Of a stretch of 64,000 nucleotides of DNA, positions 1 through 12,665 are shown piece after piece. Position numbers and translations under genes: made by a program. Origin of the DNA: Octopus vulgaris (Eukaryota). The notes below the pieces were generated by a model. The model saw nothing but the letters and a program-made list of their open reading frames with translations, was not told where the DNA came from and made no database searches. The stretch covers positions 29,140,001-29,204,000 of the forward strand of contig OX597831.1 of the NCBI GenBank assembly GCA_951406725.2. The letters run 5' to 3'. Position 1 is the first letter of the stretch; each line of letters begins with the position of its first letter.

Positions 1-150
1 AAACACAGACATGGAAATAAAAGAATTAAAGTCAATCCAAATCAGAGGAAATTTGCAATGCATAAAGTCTTGAATTGTGGTTTTTTTTATATATATATAT
101 ATATATTCTTCTTTCAAATTTTCATCAAAATAATAATGAGATTTTCAGCT

Positions 151-187
<37 letters not shown>

Positions 188-689
188 AGGAAGAGATAGA
201 TAGATAAACACAGTGAGAGAGAGAGCATTTCAACAGACAACAATGAGAAACATACACAGCAAAGAAATCAATGAGCTAACAACACCGCTAAATGACAGAA
301 ATAGCGCTGACCGAAATTGCTAAAACAAGAAATATTGATGAAGGAATGAAGTTGGCTGGGAAGAAGAAGAAAAAAAAAAAAAGGAAAAAAAGATGCAAAG
401 AAAATAATAATAATAATAATAATAAAAATAGAAAAAACTGAATCTCTTAACTATTGATTTCTTTATAACCAAGCCACAAGTGGAAGGATAAGGAGAGTGG
501 CGTGACTAACTTTTAAAAGGGGTGGATGCAGAAGTGATAGAACCAAGCCAAGTATATTACTGGTATACATCACCATCATTATTTTTATGTCCACTTTTCC
601 ATGACATTGTGTAATATACGTGGGGTTGATATACATGGGGTTGTAATATATATATATACGTGGGGTTGATATACATGGGGTAAAAGAGA

Positions 690-862
690 ATACAGGAGGA
701 TCAATTAATTATGATTTTATCCAACATATTCCCCTCTCAGACGCACACACTTACTACAGTGGTCCTTCAGTTTTTCTAAGCCCTGTAAAAGAACTTGGAA
801 GGGTGAGCCTCCAACCAGGCCTTTCGCGACACCCTTAAAGCCAGGAACTTTTCAGCACCCAT
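690..862. mobile_element. Mariner/Tc1-like terminal fragment (second copy at about 27775-27937)
   Basis: About 170 bp is shared with 27775-27937 (ATACAGGAGGATCA...GGAACTTTTCAGCACCC). The end resembles a mariner-type TIR. Confidence 0.5.
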
Positions 863-876
863 TTCTACATCTATTG

Positions 877-1081
877 CAGATCTCAAAGTTATGACATCCT
901 GTAATTTATAGCTTCTCTATCACAGGCCTCAAAGTTATGACATCCTGTAATTTATAGCTTCTCTACTACAGATCTCAAAGTTATGACATCCTGTAGTTTA
1001 TAGTTTCTCTACCACAGATCTCAAAGTTATGACATCCTGTAATTTATAGTTTCTCTACCATAGATCTTAAAGTTATGACAT
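877..1081. repeat. 46-bp minisatellite, about 4.4 copies
   Basis: Unit CAGATCTCAAAGTTATGACATCCTGTAATTTATAGCTTCTCTATCA starts at 877, 923, 969, 1015 and 1061. Confidence 0.95.
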
Positions 1082-1507
1082 ACCATTATCATCAACTGTT
1101 AATACCCACTTTTCCATGCTTGCATGTGACTAAGATGGAATTTGTTGAAGTGGATTTTCAACTGTCAGATGCTTTTCCTGCCACCAGCCTTTACGGGTTT
1201 CCCAGCAAAATAACATTTCCCACATGCCAAGACATGTTTTTGCAGAATATTGGAAATGAAAATGATATCAACCACTGGTTAACGATTATAATTCTTGATT
1301 GAGTGATACTCGTATGTGCAGAAAATGTTTCAGAATTTTGGCAGGTGCTGTAGAATTTTGAGTATTGATGTTTAACTAATTGACAACATAATACAAATCA
1401 ACAGAAACATTTTCTTTTGCACATTTACCAAATAGCCCTGTGATATCACATATCATGTAGGTACTTAGAGAAATGTATAAATGTTTGTGTAGGTATATAG
1501 ACATGAT

Positions 1508-1699
1508 ATTCTTTTATTTGTTTCAGTCATTTGACTGTGGCCATGCTGGAGCACCGCCTTTAGTCAAGCAAAGCGATCCCAGGACTTATTCTTTGTAAGC
1601 CTAGTACTTATCCTATCAGTCTCTCTTCTCGAACCGCTAAGTGACGGGGATGTAAACACACCAACATTGGTTGTCAAGCGATGTTGGGTGAACAAACAC

Positions 1700-1732
<33 letters not shown>

Positions 1733-1795
1733 ATGGGCTTCTTTCAGTTTCCGTCTACCAAATCCACTCACAAAGCTTTGGTCGGCCCAAGGCCT
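1508..1795 (-). mobile_element. tRNA-derived SINE family A (5'-truncated)
   Basis: Reverse complement of the recurring consensus ...GGATTTGGTAGACGGAAACTGAAAGAAGCCC-(TA)n-...GGCGGTGCTCCAGCATGGCCACAGTCAAATGACTGAAAC. Confidence 0.85.
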
Positions 1796-1825
1796 ACACT
1801 TTATATACATATATATTGTATATAT

Positions 1826-1923
1826 CACATGGTTCCCAGTTCAGTCCCACTGCATGGCACCTTGGGCAAGTGTCTTCTGCTATAGCGGATTTGGCCGACG
1901 GAAACTGAAAGTAGCTCGTCGTA

Positions 1924-1974
<51 letters not shown>

Positions 1975-2390
1975 GTGTGGGTATGTTTGTGTGTCTGTGT
2001 TTGTCCCCCTAACATCGCTTGACAACCGATGCTGGTGTGTTTACGTCCCCGTAACTTAGTGGTTCAGCAAAAGAGACCGATAGAATAAGTACTAGGCTTA
2101 CAAAGAATAAGTCCTGGGGTCGATTTGCTCGACTAAAGGTGGTGCTCCAGCATGGCCACAGTCAAATGACTGAAACAAGTAAAGGAGTAAAAGAGTAAAA
2201 TATCAAAAAAAATTGTAGTCTAGTTTTCTATAAAGGTGGTGCTCCAGCATGGCCACAGTCAAATGACTGAAACAAGTAAAGGAGTAAAAGAGTAAAATAT
2301 CAAAAAAATTGTAGTCTAGTTTTCTATAAAGGTGGTGCTCCAGCATGGCCACAGTCAAATGACTGAAACAAATAAAAGAGTAAAAGAGTA
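1826..2390 (+). mobile_element. SINE family A with triplicated 3' tail (about 97-bp tandem unit, 2136-2390)
   Basis: B-box-like GGTTCCCAGTTCAGTCCC head remnant. The tail AAGGTGGTGCTCCAGCATGGCCACAGTCAAATGACTGAAAC occurs three times, twice with the same flank. Confidence 0.85.
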
Positions 2391-2589
2391 ATTGTTGAAT
2401 GATTTTTAAATATTCCATTACTTCTAGAAAAGACAATTTGTTGCCAAAACAGTATTGATTGTCTCTCTTGTAGTTTTTGTATTTCTTCTCTGCATTGTCA
2501 ATTCAGCATCTTCTTGTATTCAGCCAAACTTTAAACAACAAACCCATACAACCTCCATACTTAGTAATGTTGTTTACATTTTAACTATA

Positions 2590-3022
2590 TTGAGCACCAT
2601 CTGAGCGTGATCACTGCCAGAGCAGCTAACCGGCTTCTGTGCCGGTGGCATGTAAAAAGCACCATTTGAGCGTGATCGTTACCAGCGTCGCCTTACTGGC
2701 ACTTGTGCTGGTGGAACGTGAAAAGACATTCGAGTGAGCTCGTTGCCAGTTCCGCTGGACAGGCTCCCGTGCAGGTGACACGTAAAAAACACCATTTGAG
2801 CATGGCCGTTGCCAGTACCGCCTGAATAGCCCTCGTGCCGGAGGCACGTAAAAGCACCCACTACAGTCTCAGAGTGGTTGGAATTATGAAGGGCATCCAG
2901 CTGTAGAAACTCTGCCAGATCAGATTGGAGCCTGGTGCAGCCATCTGGTTCACCAGTCGTCAGTCAAATTGTCCAACCCATGCTGGCATGGAAAGCGGAC
3001 GTTAAATGATGATGATGATGAT
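2590..3022 (+). mobile_element. SINE/LINE-tail family D ending in (GAT)n
   Basis: GAAGGGCATCCAGCTGTAGAAAC...CCAACCCATGCTGGCATGGAAAGCGGACGTTAAATGATGATG. Related copies lie at about 5590-5755 (+), 7060-7330 (-) and 24885-25040 (+). Confidence 0.75.
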
Positions 3023-3056
3023 CAGGAGGACAAATCTTAATCATATTTCTTGTAAC

Positions 3057-3273
3057 TTAACACTTTGCCTGTTCAAAGCATTTCCATAAGTTTGTCCCAA
3101 ATGTCCATGCTTGTTTTCAGACTTTTTGTTAAACCCTGTTTCATATGTTTTGAGTAACATAAAACTTTAAGTCCCAAGTTACCCTGGTGGATGAAAATAA
3201 TTGGGAATGTGTATCATATGTGAAACATGGACACGTCCTGTATGTCACATACACAAGACAAGCAAAGGGTTAA
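3057..3273. mobile_element. piggyBac-like MITE
   Basis: TTAA-CACTTTGCCTGT ... ACAAGCAAAGGG-TTAA. A second copy lies at 4038-4167. Confidence 0.65.
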
Positions 3274-3505
3274 ACAACAACATCAATAATTCATCATCAT
3301 CATCATCATCAATTAACATCCATTTTCCATTCTGGCATGGGTCAAACAGTTTGACAGGGACTGGCTAGGCAGAAGACTGTACCATGCCTTTGTCTGCTTT
3401 GGCATGGTTTTTACAACTGGATGCCCTTTCTAAACCAACCACCTTATAGCATGGACTGAGTGTTTTTTATGTGGCACCAGCACTGCTGTTATTTTTTTAG
3501 AAAAA

Positions 3506-3872
3506 TAGGCATAGAAGTGACTGTGTGGTAAGTAGCTTGCTTACCAACCACATGATTCCGGGCTCAGTGCCACTGCGTGGAACCTTGGGCAAGTGTCTTC
3601 TACTATAGCCTCGGGCCGACCAAAGCCTCGTGAGTGAATTTGGTAGACGGAAACTGAAAGAAGCCCGACGTATGTGTGTGTGTGTGTGTGTGTGTTCAAC
3701 ATCGCTTGACAACCGAATATTGGTGTTTATGTCCCCGTAACTTAGTGGTTCAGCAAAAGAGACCAATAGAATGAGTACTAGGTTAACAAAGAATTAGTCC
3801 TGGGGTCGATTTGTTCAACTAAAGGCGGTGCTCCAGCATGGCTGCAGACAAATGACTGAAACAAGTAAAAGA
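3506..3872 (+). mobile_element. SINE family A, near full length
   Basis: tRNA-like head (TGACTGTGTGGTAAG...GATTCCGGGCTCAGTGCC), central domain, internal (TG)n and conserved tail. Confidence 0.85.
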
Positions 3873-4037
3873 ATACATATGTGCAGCACTATTTGTGTTG
3901 CAGGTTTTTTACAGCTGGATGCATTTCCTGTTGCCAACTCTCAACTGTTATTATTGTTTATTATTTGCCACAAGGGTATTAAAAAAGAGGACATTACAGA
4001 GACACTCAATTTCTCCTGAAATGCAACAAACAAAGAA

Positions 4038-4167
4038 TTAACCCTTTGCCTGTCCAAAGTATTTTCACAAGTTTGTCTTAAATGTTCATGCTTTTAGTTA
4101 ACCCTTGTTTCATATTCTCTGAGAAATATAAAACTTTCTGTGACACACGGAACAGGCAAAGGGTTAA
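4038..4167. mobile_element. piggyBac-like MITE (internally deleted)
   Basis: TTAA-CCCTTTGCCTGTCC ... GGAACAGGCAAAGGG-TTAA. Confidence 0.7.
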
Positions 4168-4914
4168 ACAACGAAGCTATAAGACATCCATACTTAATAT
4201 TATTTACATTCTAATCATAATGACCAGAGAACAAATCTTTATCATATTTCTTGTAACTTAAGGACCAAGGAGAGCAAAACAATTCTTGTGACTGTAAATC
4301 ATTGATCACTGCCTTCATTTCTATATTGGTGCTATATACGATGACCATTTCCAGATGCCAACTCAATGAAATTCAATAATTGGAAAACTCAGAGATGAAT
4401 TAGTTGATGAAGATATAATTACATATGACTATCTGAATTCATTGCATGACGACATGGTAGAGTGATTCCAAGATAATCATTGCATTGTCTGTTTCAGTGT
4501 GGTGTAGCAACCTGTTTCAAGTCCAAGTAGTCGATGTGATGTTGATTATAATTAATAATTACTGTGGTATCACAATGTGATATCAGTTCCAAGGCTAACC
4601 AGATTTGTGCTGTTACCAAAGTTTAATGAATTCTTACTTTAAAATATATAGAATCACTTCAAGTTAATTCCATTTACTTTCTCAACATCCAACTTGGTAG
4701 AGACTGGTTCTAGCCATGTCCAATACCTTGCCATCTGTACAAAGCAGTAGTTTGGGTAAAAACAAGTGAAAAGATTTGCAATTAAAGGTGACTAATTTTA
4801 AATCTATTGTGACTACATTAGTATAACAGTCAAAAGGGTTGCACAGGTATCAGAAAATAGCACCTGTGTACCAAACATGGAGTGTTATGTACTTTACAGT
4901 GCTTTCATTAAAGA

Positions 4915-5140
4915 ATCTTATTTCTTTATTGCCCACAAGGGGCTAAACATAGAGGGGACAAACAAGGATAGACAAAGGGATTAAGTTGATTACATCAACC
5001 CCAGTGCTTAACTGGTACTTGATTTATCGACCCTGAAAGGATGAAAGGCAAAGTCGGCCTTGGCGGAATTTGAACTCAGAACGTCAAGACAGATGAAATA
5101 CCGCTAAGCATTTTGCCCAGCGTGCTAACGTTTCTGCCAT
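4915..5140 (-). mobile_element. SINE family B (tRNA-like head, CORE-like body)
   Basis: Reverse complement of GGCAGAAACGTTAGCACG...GAGTTCAAATTCCGCC...TTTGCCTTTCATCCTTTC. Other copies lie at 9618-10020, 21550-21780, 29200-29710, 44955-45170, 53700-53940 and 55490-55685. Confidence 0.8.
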
Positions 5141-6639
5141 CTTGTGATGCTAATCATCATCATCAACATTTTCGCTATTTTCCAAGAATTAACCATTTTC
5201 TTCTTTTTCTATTTTTTTTAAATATTCATAGCATAGGTGAGTAGTTAAAAAATTTTCCCCATGATAGCGAGGTGGTGACCCCTAAAAGATTGAGAATTCC
5301 TGTTTTAGAACAAAGCCTAACTAGTTGTTATTGTTTAACTCTAAATCAGCCACACTTGAACAGATCCATAATCAAAGATATTCCAGCCATAACCATCCTG
5401 TCAATAACTACATCGTCCAATGTGTCCTTCCTCTTTCTATAAAAGTAGGATGTAACTTGAGGAAGATTCGGTTAGTATTTCTAGCAGGCTGACTATAGGT
5501 TCTATGCTAGAGATTATACTAAACACATGGTCTGCAATATATTACATTAATCCCTCATCTGATTTAATGCCAAATAGTGTTGGCACTGCAGTAAAAATGT
5601 GGTTGAGATTAGGAACAGCATCCAGCTGTAGAAACCGTGCCAAAATAGACACTGGAGCACAATGCAGTTATCTGACTTGTTGCAGCCTCCCAAACCATCA
5701 GACCCATGTCAGCATGGAAATGAGACATTAAATGATGGTGATGATGATGATGATGACCTGACCTCAGATCAAATTATTGAATTACTACCCCGATCAAGGA
5801 AACAACTTGGGAGTTTCCTATCACCGACAGATAATCGTTTTGACCTCAACACAAGATCTGTGACATACAAAAAACTGTTCTAAACCCCCAACACACAAGA
5901 TCTCGGACTTAACAAAACAAAGAACTGTCTCCACACTGTTAGATACCATTTATGCTGTTATGACTTGGTAAATCACTATCTTTCAAACAATTCTGACATC
6001 AGATGCCAAACGGGCCATGTTTATGTACACGGAATGCTACAATTTTATGAAACAAATATCCATCAAAATCAGTTACACTTGGGACTATTGAGGCTGATTT
6101 TCAAGAGCCAGATGCCCTTCTTGTTAACCTTCACCTGTTTCTAAGTAGAGGTAATATTTCTGCATGGCCAGGCATCTTTTTCATAGAAGACCGAAACAAA
6201 CAACACTGCTTGTACGACAGTGATGCTTGTTTACACCCATCGTGTGGTGTCAAGACAAGGGTATACACACACATACAAACAGATTGATGTAGGTATAGCT
6301 ATACATATACACACACACATAGATAGATGTATATACACATACATACAAAAATATAGATTGATGTAGATATACATATACACACACACAACACACGTAGATA
6401 TACATACACACAGTAAAAACAAACAGTGAGGGCTGTTAAGCCAAGACGCAGTCTATCTCTCTCCCTCTCTTGTTCTTCATCCTTTCTGGTTTTCTCTCCC
6501 ACCCTTCTCTATTCTTCTCCTCTCATCTTCACCATTCCCTCTCTCTAACTCTACCTCCTTGACTCTCTCTTCGCTAACACGCGACGAAAGGAAATCTATC
6601 TTTCTGCCCATTTCCTTCCTAAAGACAACACATGCTTAT

Positions 6640-7045
6640 ACCTGTCTCCTCTCATAAGCTCGTCTTCCTAGCGTTCATAATAATTTTTCTATCGTCTTGG
6701 CTTAACAGGCCTCACCGTTTGTTTTTACTGTTTTGTTCTCATTGTCCTGTTCTTGTTACCACTTTCACACTCCGCAAAAAATCCCAAATTTTATTTAATT
6801 TGCTTGGCGGGAAGGACTGTTTCAACGAAGTCACGTATTGTCCTAGCCTTCGAAACACGGAGAAGATAAAACAGGGACAACTGATGAAGGGGAATATTCT
6901 TTATGTTGCATGTCTCGTTTCTCTGTTTGTCTTTTTCATTGTTCTAAAAAAAAGTTTGTTTCCCATGTTTTTGTTTTTATGTTTTCGTTTCTCATTGTGT
7001 TCAACGCTTTTTTAATGTCCTGTACCCATATATGCATGTATATAT
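6640..7045 (+). mobile_element. Unclassified interspersed repeat (possibly Penelope-derived), copy 1, carrying a permuted hammerhead motif
   Basis: Collinear with 14175-14625. Shared blocks include GGCTTAACAG, CAAATTTTATTTAATTTG and TTTCTCATTGTGTTC...TGTCCTGTACCCATATATGCATG. Confidence 0.7.
6831..6892 (+). ncRNA. Candidate hammerhead ribozyme with non-canonical strand order (copy 1, partly degenerate)
   Basis: TCACGTA|TTGTCCT-AG-CCTTC-GAAA-CACGG-13 nt-GGGACAA-CTGATGA-AGGGG. Stem I has 7 bp. Stem III has mismatches consistent with CpG decay. Confidence 0.5.
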
Positions 7046-8014
7046 ACATATATATGTATCATCATCATCGTTTAACGTCCGCTTTCCATGCTAGCATGGG
7101 TTGGACGGTTCAACTGGGGTCTGGGAAGCCCGAAGGCTGCACCAGGCCAGTCAGATCTGGCAGTGTTTCTACAGCTGGATGCCCTTCCTAACGCCAACCA
7201 CTCCGAGAGTGAAGTGGGTGATTTTATGTGCCACCGACACAGGTGCCAGACAAGGCTGGCAAACGGCCATGCTCCGATGGTGTTTTTTACGTGCCACCGT
7301 CATGGAGGCCAGTCAATGCGGTACTGGCTATGTATGTACATATATGTATGTATATATGCATATATTTATATATTATTTATATTATACACACACACACACA
7401 CACACACAACACACACAAAATGGGTTTCTTTTCAGTTTGTTTACCAGATCCATTCACAAGGCTTTGATCAACCCCTATTGCAAATAATTTTTAAGCAATT
7501 AATTTTTTCCCCCTTTTTCTGAGGAGTAGGAAGAGGAGTAAGATAAAATAATTAACTTCTCGTTATGGAACTGAAGTGTGGAACATAATTTAATAAAATG
7601 CTATTACATCTAAATTTAATGAGCTGTTTTAATCTAAATATGCACACACTGACACAGACAGTTTGGCATTGTAGAACCAGCAATTATAGCAGAAGAAACA
7701 AAAGATTCTCGTTAACCCAATAAAATAGATTAGACAGTTGTCAATTGAAGTTCATTAAACATTGATTAGAGAAGTGTAACAATGCATCGTGATAACAATG
7801 ACAGGTAAGTAGACAGGTAGGTAAGAAGACAGGTAGATATGTAGATGGATCTTTGTAACACCAATACTTTGATTAGTGGAATGTTACAGTTTAGTGACAA
7901 CAATTAGACAGGTGGGTAAACAGACAGACAGGTAGGTAGGTAAGTAGGTGCGACTTTGTGACTACATACTGACATTATCTTTTGTGCACATCTCTTGTTT
8001 CATACTTAAGGCCT

Positions 8015-8220
8015 CTAGTAGTAGTAGTCATAGCAGCAGCAGCAACAGTAGTAGTAGTAGTGGTGGTAGTAGTAGTAGTAGTAGCAGTCATAGTAGCAGC
8101 AACAGTAGTAGTAGTAGTAGTAGTAGTAGTAGTCAAGCAATAGTAATAGTGGTAGTAGTAGTAGTAGCAGCAGCAGGAGTAGCAGTAGTAGCAGCAGCAA
8201 CAGCAGTAATAGTAGTTGTT
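8015..8220. repeat. (TAG/CAG)n trinucleotide microsatellite
   Basis: Read directly from the sequence. Confidence 0.95.
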
Positions 8221-8534
8221 TAATTAACCCTTTACCATTTAGATTATTCTGGCTAATGTAAGGACCTTCTCTGGTCATGAATGACAATAGGATTGCACTT
8301 AGAAAGTTCCCATCCGATGCACAAGTCTAAAGGAAAGGTTGTTTTGTGGAAGATGAGCACTCACTCATGCACACCAGCCACCCCTGCCTCCAAGGCAAAA
8401 GCCAACACAGCTTGGCACCAGTGATATCGCAACTCAATTCTACAGCTGAGTGACCTAGAGCAACATATAAAGAATTATTATGATTATTATTATGATTATT
8501 ATTATTATTATTATTATTATTGTTATTATTAAAG

Positions 8535-9180
8535 CAGTGAGCTGGCAGAATCGTTAGCACGCCGGGCGAAATGCTTAGTGGTATTTCGTCTGTCACTACA
8601 TTCTGAGTTCAAATGCCGCCGGGGTTGACTTTGCCTTTCATCCTTTCGGGGTTGATAAATTAAGTACCTATTTCTTTATTACCCACAAGGGGCTAAACAC
8701 AGAGGGGACAAACAAGGACAGACATAGGTATTAAGTCGATTACATCGACCCCCAGTGCGTAACTGGTACTTAATTTATCAACCTCGAAAGGATGAAAGGC
8801 AAAGTCGACCTCGGCGGAATTCGAACTCACAACGTAACGCAGACGAAATACCTATTTCTTTATTACCCACAAGGGGCTAAACACAGAGGAGACAAACAAG
8901 GACAGACATAGGTATTAAGTCGATTACATCGATCCCAGTGCGTAACTGGTACTTAATTTATCAACCTCGAAAGGATGAAAGGCAAAGTCGACCTCGGCGG
9001 AATTCGAACTCACAACGTAACGCAGACGAAATACCGCTAAGCATTTCGCCCGGCGTGCTAACATTTCTGCCAGCTCGCCGCCGATAAATTAAGTACCAGT
9101 TGTGTACTGGAGTCGATCTAATCAACTGGCCCCCTCCCCACCAAAGTTCAGGCCTTGTGCTTATAGTAGAAAGGATTATT
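8535..9180. mobile_element. Nested SINE B cluster: a plus copy interrupted by minus-strand copies with an about 183-bp tandem duplication
   Basis: CCTATTTCTTTATTACCCACAAGGGGCTAAAC...GCAGACGAAATAC is repeated at about 8667-8850 and 8851-9033. The host resumes at GATAAATTAAGTACC (about 9083). Confidence 0.8.
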
Positions 9181-9568
9181 ACTATTATTATCATCATCAG
9201 CATTATTATGGTGGAGAGCTGGCAGAAATATTACTGCGCCAGGCAAAATACTGAGCAGAATTTTTTCCAGCTTTACATTCTGAGTTCAAATTCTGTCACC
9301 ACTGACTGTGCATTTCATCTTCTCAGGACCAATAAAATGTGTAGCAGTTGAGGACTGGGATCAATGAAATTGATTAGGCCCACCCTGCCACAAAAATGCC
9401 AGGCCTTGTTCCAATACTAAAAAGAATTATTATTATTATTATTATCATTATTATGATTATTATTATTATTATCATCATTATTTTATTAATGGAGCAAGGG
9501 TGAAAACAACCTCACTCCAACATGCTTGAAGTGTCAATATCTTCACCTTATAAAAATCATTAACGTGA

Positions 9569-9617
<49 letters not shown>

Positions 9618-10013
9618 GGTGGTGAGTTGGCAGAATCATTAGCACATCAGGCAAAATGCTTAGTAATATTTCATCTGCCGTTACATTCTGAGTTCAAATT
9701 CCGCCGAGGTCAACTTTGCCTTTCATCCTTTCGGGGTCGATAAATTAAGTACCGGTTATGCACTGGGGTCGATGTAATCGACTTAATCCGTTTGTCTGTC
9801 CTTGTCTGTCCCTTCTATGTTTAGCACCCTGTGGGCAATAAAGAAACAGGTATTTCATCTGCCGCTATGTTCCAAGTTCAAATTGCGCCGGGGTTGACTT
9901 TGCATTTCATCCTTTTGGGATTGATTAAACAAGTACCAGTTCTGCACTGGGGTCGATGTAATCAACTTAATCCCTTCCTCCAAAATTGAGGCTTTGTGCT
10001 TCCAATAGAAAAG

Positions 10014-10046
<33 letters not shown>

Positions 10047-12221
10047 ATAGGTAATTAACTGTGATTTTTGTATTCTAGGTTCAATTCCTGTCATGTTTTA
10101 ACTTTGCTTCTCCTGCTTTGAGATTTTGGAAGGTTTTACAATATACAGAAATAAGTACTGGTAGTATACTACTGTTTAAAACAAAAAGGTCAGCTTAAAC
10201 CTCTTGTGTGTATGTGTATGTATATATGTGTATATATGTATGTATATGAACTCATTCACTGGCTTTCAACATATGCATCTACATGCACATCTGGGTTTAT
10301 ACACATACATGATTATATACATAAATATACATATATTTATGCATATATCTCTTTATATAAATAAATGGAAACTTCTGTGTGTGTGTGTGCACATATGTAT
10401 GTGTGTATGTATATATATACATATATATACACACACACACGCAGGCACGCACGCACACATACACACACTTTCTTCAGCAAAATTTAACCTTGATGTTCTT
10501 AGTCTAAAACAAATACATTATATTACTAAAACAGACGCAACACGTCCTGTGATAGAAATAATAATAATAATAATAATAATAAGGATGATGATGATGAGGA
10601 GGAGGAGGAGAAGGAGGAGGAAGGACAATAATAATAATTAATAATAAACCCTGGCAAATTGGCGGGAGAAGTAATTGAAGAGAGTTGCCGAGGTAACGGG
10701 CTGCAAGCTATCAGTGAGTCTGAATAAGAAGAGATGCTGAGGAAGCAGTAGCGTTACTACAGCTCATCTTTATCCAAAACAGATTCGTTACATCAGACAT
10801 GACGATGAAGGTGGTGGCCATGGTGGGCAGGAGTTTGGGGGGGGGGAAAGAGATTTCAGACAGGAAAGTCAATACAGTGGAACGACAGTTTGTTGTTGTT
10901 GTTGCTGTTGTGTCGTCGATATTGTTGTTTTTTTTGGTGTTGTTTAACCCTAGGTCAACCATGGCTGAGCAAAGTAGATGCTGAAAGATATTCTATCTCC
11001 TTTATTTAATTAATTTTTTTTTTTTTTTTGGCCTTCTTGGTTAGTCTCTCAAGTCTGCGAAAGACGAACCTGCACAGATTACTCGTTTGTAGTAATTGAG
11101 ATGGTTGTTGTGCAATACATGAGGTCATGCCCTTCATCAAATCAACAGGGCCTGCACAGGTGCACGGTGTGCCATATGTTAGGTGTCAGAGTGATAGCAG
11201 AGTAACGCCTGGTCCTGGGATTGAAACCACAACCTTGCAATCATGGGTGCAAAAACCTTAACCACTAAAGCACATGCCCTCCCTTTGTCAAAGAGTGTGT
11301 CCTTTCTTTTATCCCAAGACAGTGTGTGATTCCAGTAAGATTTGGCTGATATTTCTAGCAAGCAGAGTGACTATGTAGAGGCTCACCCATTAACTCACAG
11401 AAATGAGTAGTAGTAATGAGGAAGTGGCAGGGAAAGGATGGGGGTAATGGTGGGAGTACACGTGATTAGAAGAAGAAGAAGAAGGAGGAGGAGGAGAAGA
11501 AGAAGAAGAGTCTGACTGGGGCAGGTGATCAGTGAATCCCAGCTGATGTTAATTTAACTCAGCACTGAGAAGAAGACACCTGATACCACCTCATCCTCTC
11601 TTCCCCCTCTCTCTCCCTCACTTCTACTTTGTCTTTCTCATTCCTTTACTTTGTCTCTCTTTTCCCCTCTCTCTCTCCCTCTGTCCCTTCTTCTCTTCTC
11701 TATTTCTCTTCCTCTCTTAACCATCCTCATTTCTTCTGTTTCTCTTCCTCTCTCTCTCATTCATTCATTTCCTTTGTCTCTCCTCCTCCCTCACTCATTC
11801 ATTCCTTCTCTGTCACCTCCTCCCTCTTTTACATCATCAAAATCTCAGATATGAGATAATGCATGGTTAATTTAAAACAATGTGACTAAATAAACATTAT
11901 ATTTGATAGAATAATCTGAGCACTGAAGTGCTAAAGGCTTACAATGCCAATACTATGTCCTTCCTGTGTTAGCAGTGTGATTTAATCACCTTTTGAAGTT
12001 GTCTCTACAGATTTTCTATAGAAATTAGAGCCAGCACTGAAAGCTGTGTCATTTTGTATATGAATACGTCTATGTAAACAATACAACTGAAAACAGAAAA
12101 ATAAGTAATGGGTGTATAGAAATCCCTCACCATATCACAGTTCACCTATTGTGGTTTACTATTTAAGCGTGCGTTAATTCCTCCATGTGTTGTTTTGCAT
12201 TTATGATAAAATAAATATATA

Positions 12222-12665
12222 CTCTTTTACTTGTTTCAGTCATTTGACTGTGGCCATGCTGGAGCACCGCCTTTAGCCGAGCAAATCGACCCCAGGACTT
12301 ATTCTTTGTAAGCTGAGTACTTATTCTATCGGTCGCATTTGCCGAACCGCCAAGTTACGGGGACATAAACACACCACCATCGGTTGTCAAGTGATGTTGG
12401 GGGGGGGGGACAAACACAGACACACAAACATATACACACACATACATATATATATAGGCGCTGCTCCAGCATGGCCACAGTTAAATGACTGAAACAAGTA
12501 AAAGAGTATATATACGACGGGCTTCTTTCAGTTTCCGTCTACCAAATCCACTGACAAGGCTTTGGTCAGCCTGAGGCTATAGTAAAAGACACTTGCCCAA
12601 GGTGCCACGCAGTGGGACTGAACCTGGAACCATGTGGTTCGTAAGCAAGCTACTTACCACACAGA
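12222..12665 (-). mobile_element. SINE family A
   Basis: Matches the family A consensus on the minus strand, with an extra internal tail fragment. Confidence 0.85.

Noticed and set aside
877-1081. CRISPR-like array
   Set aside because: A head-to-tail 46-bp minisatellite with no variable spacers.
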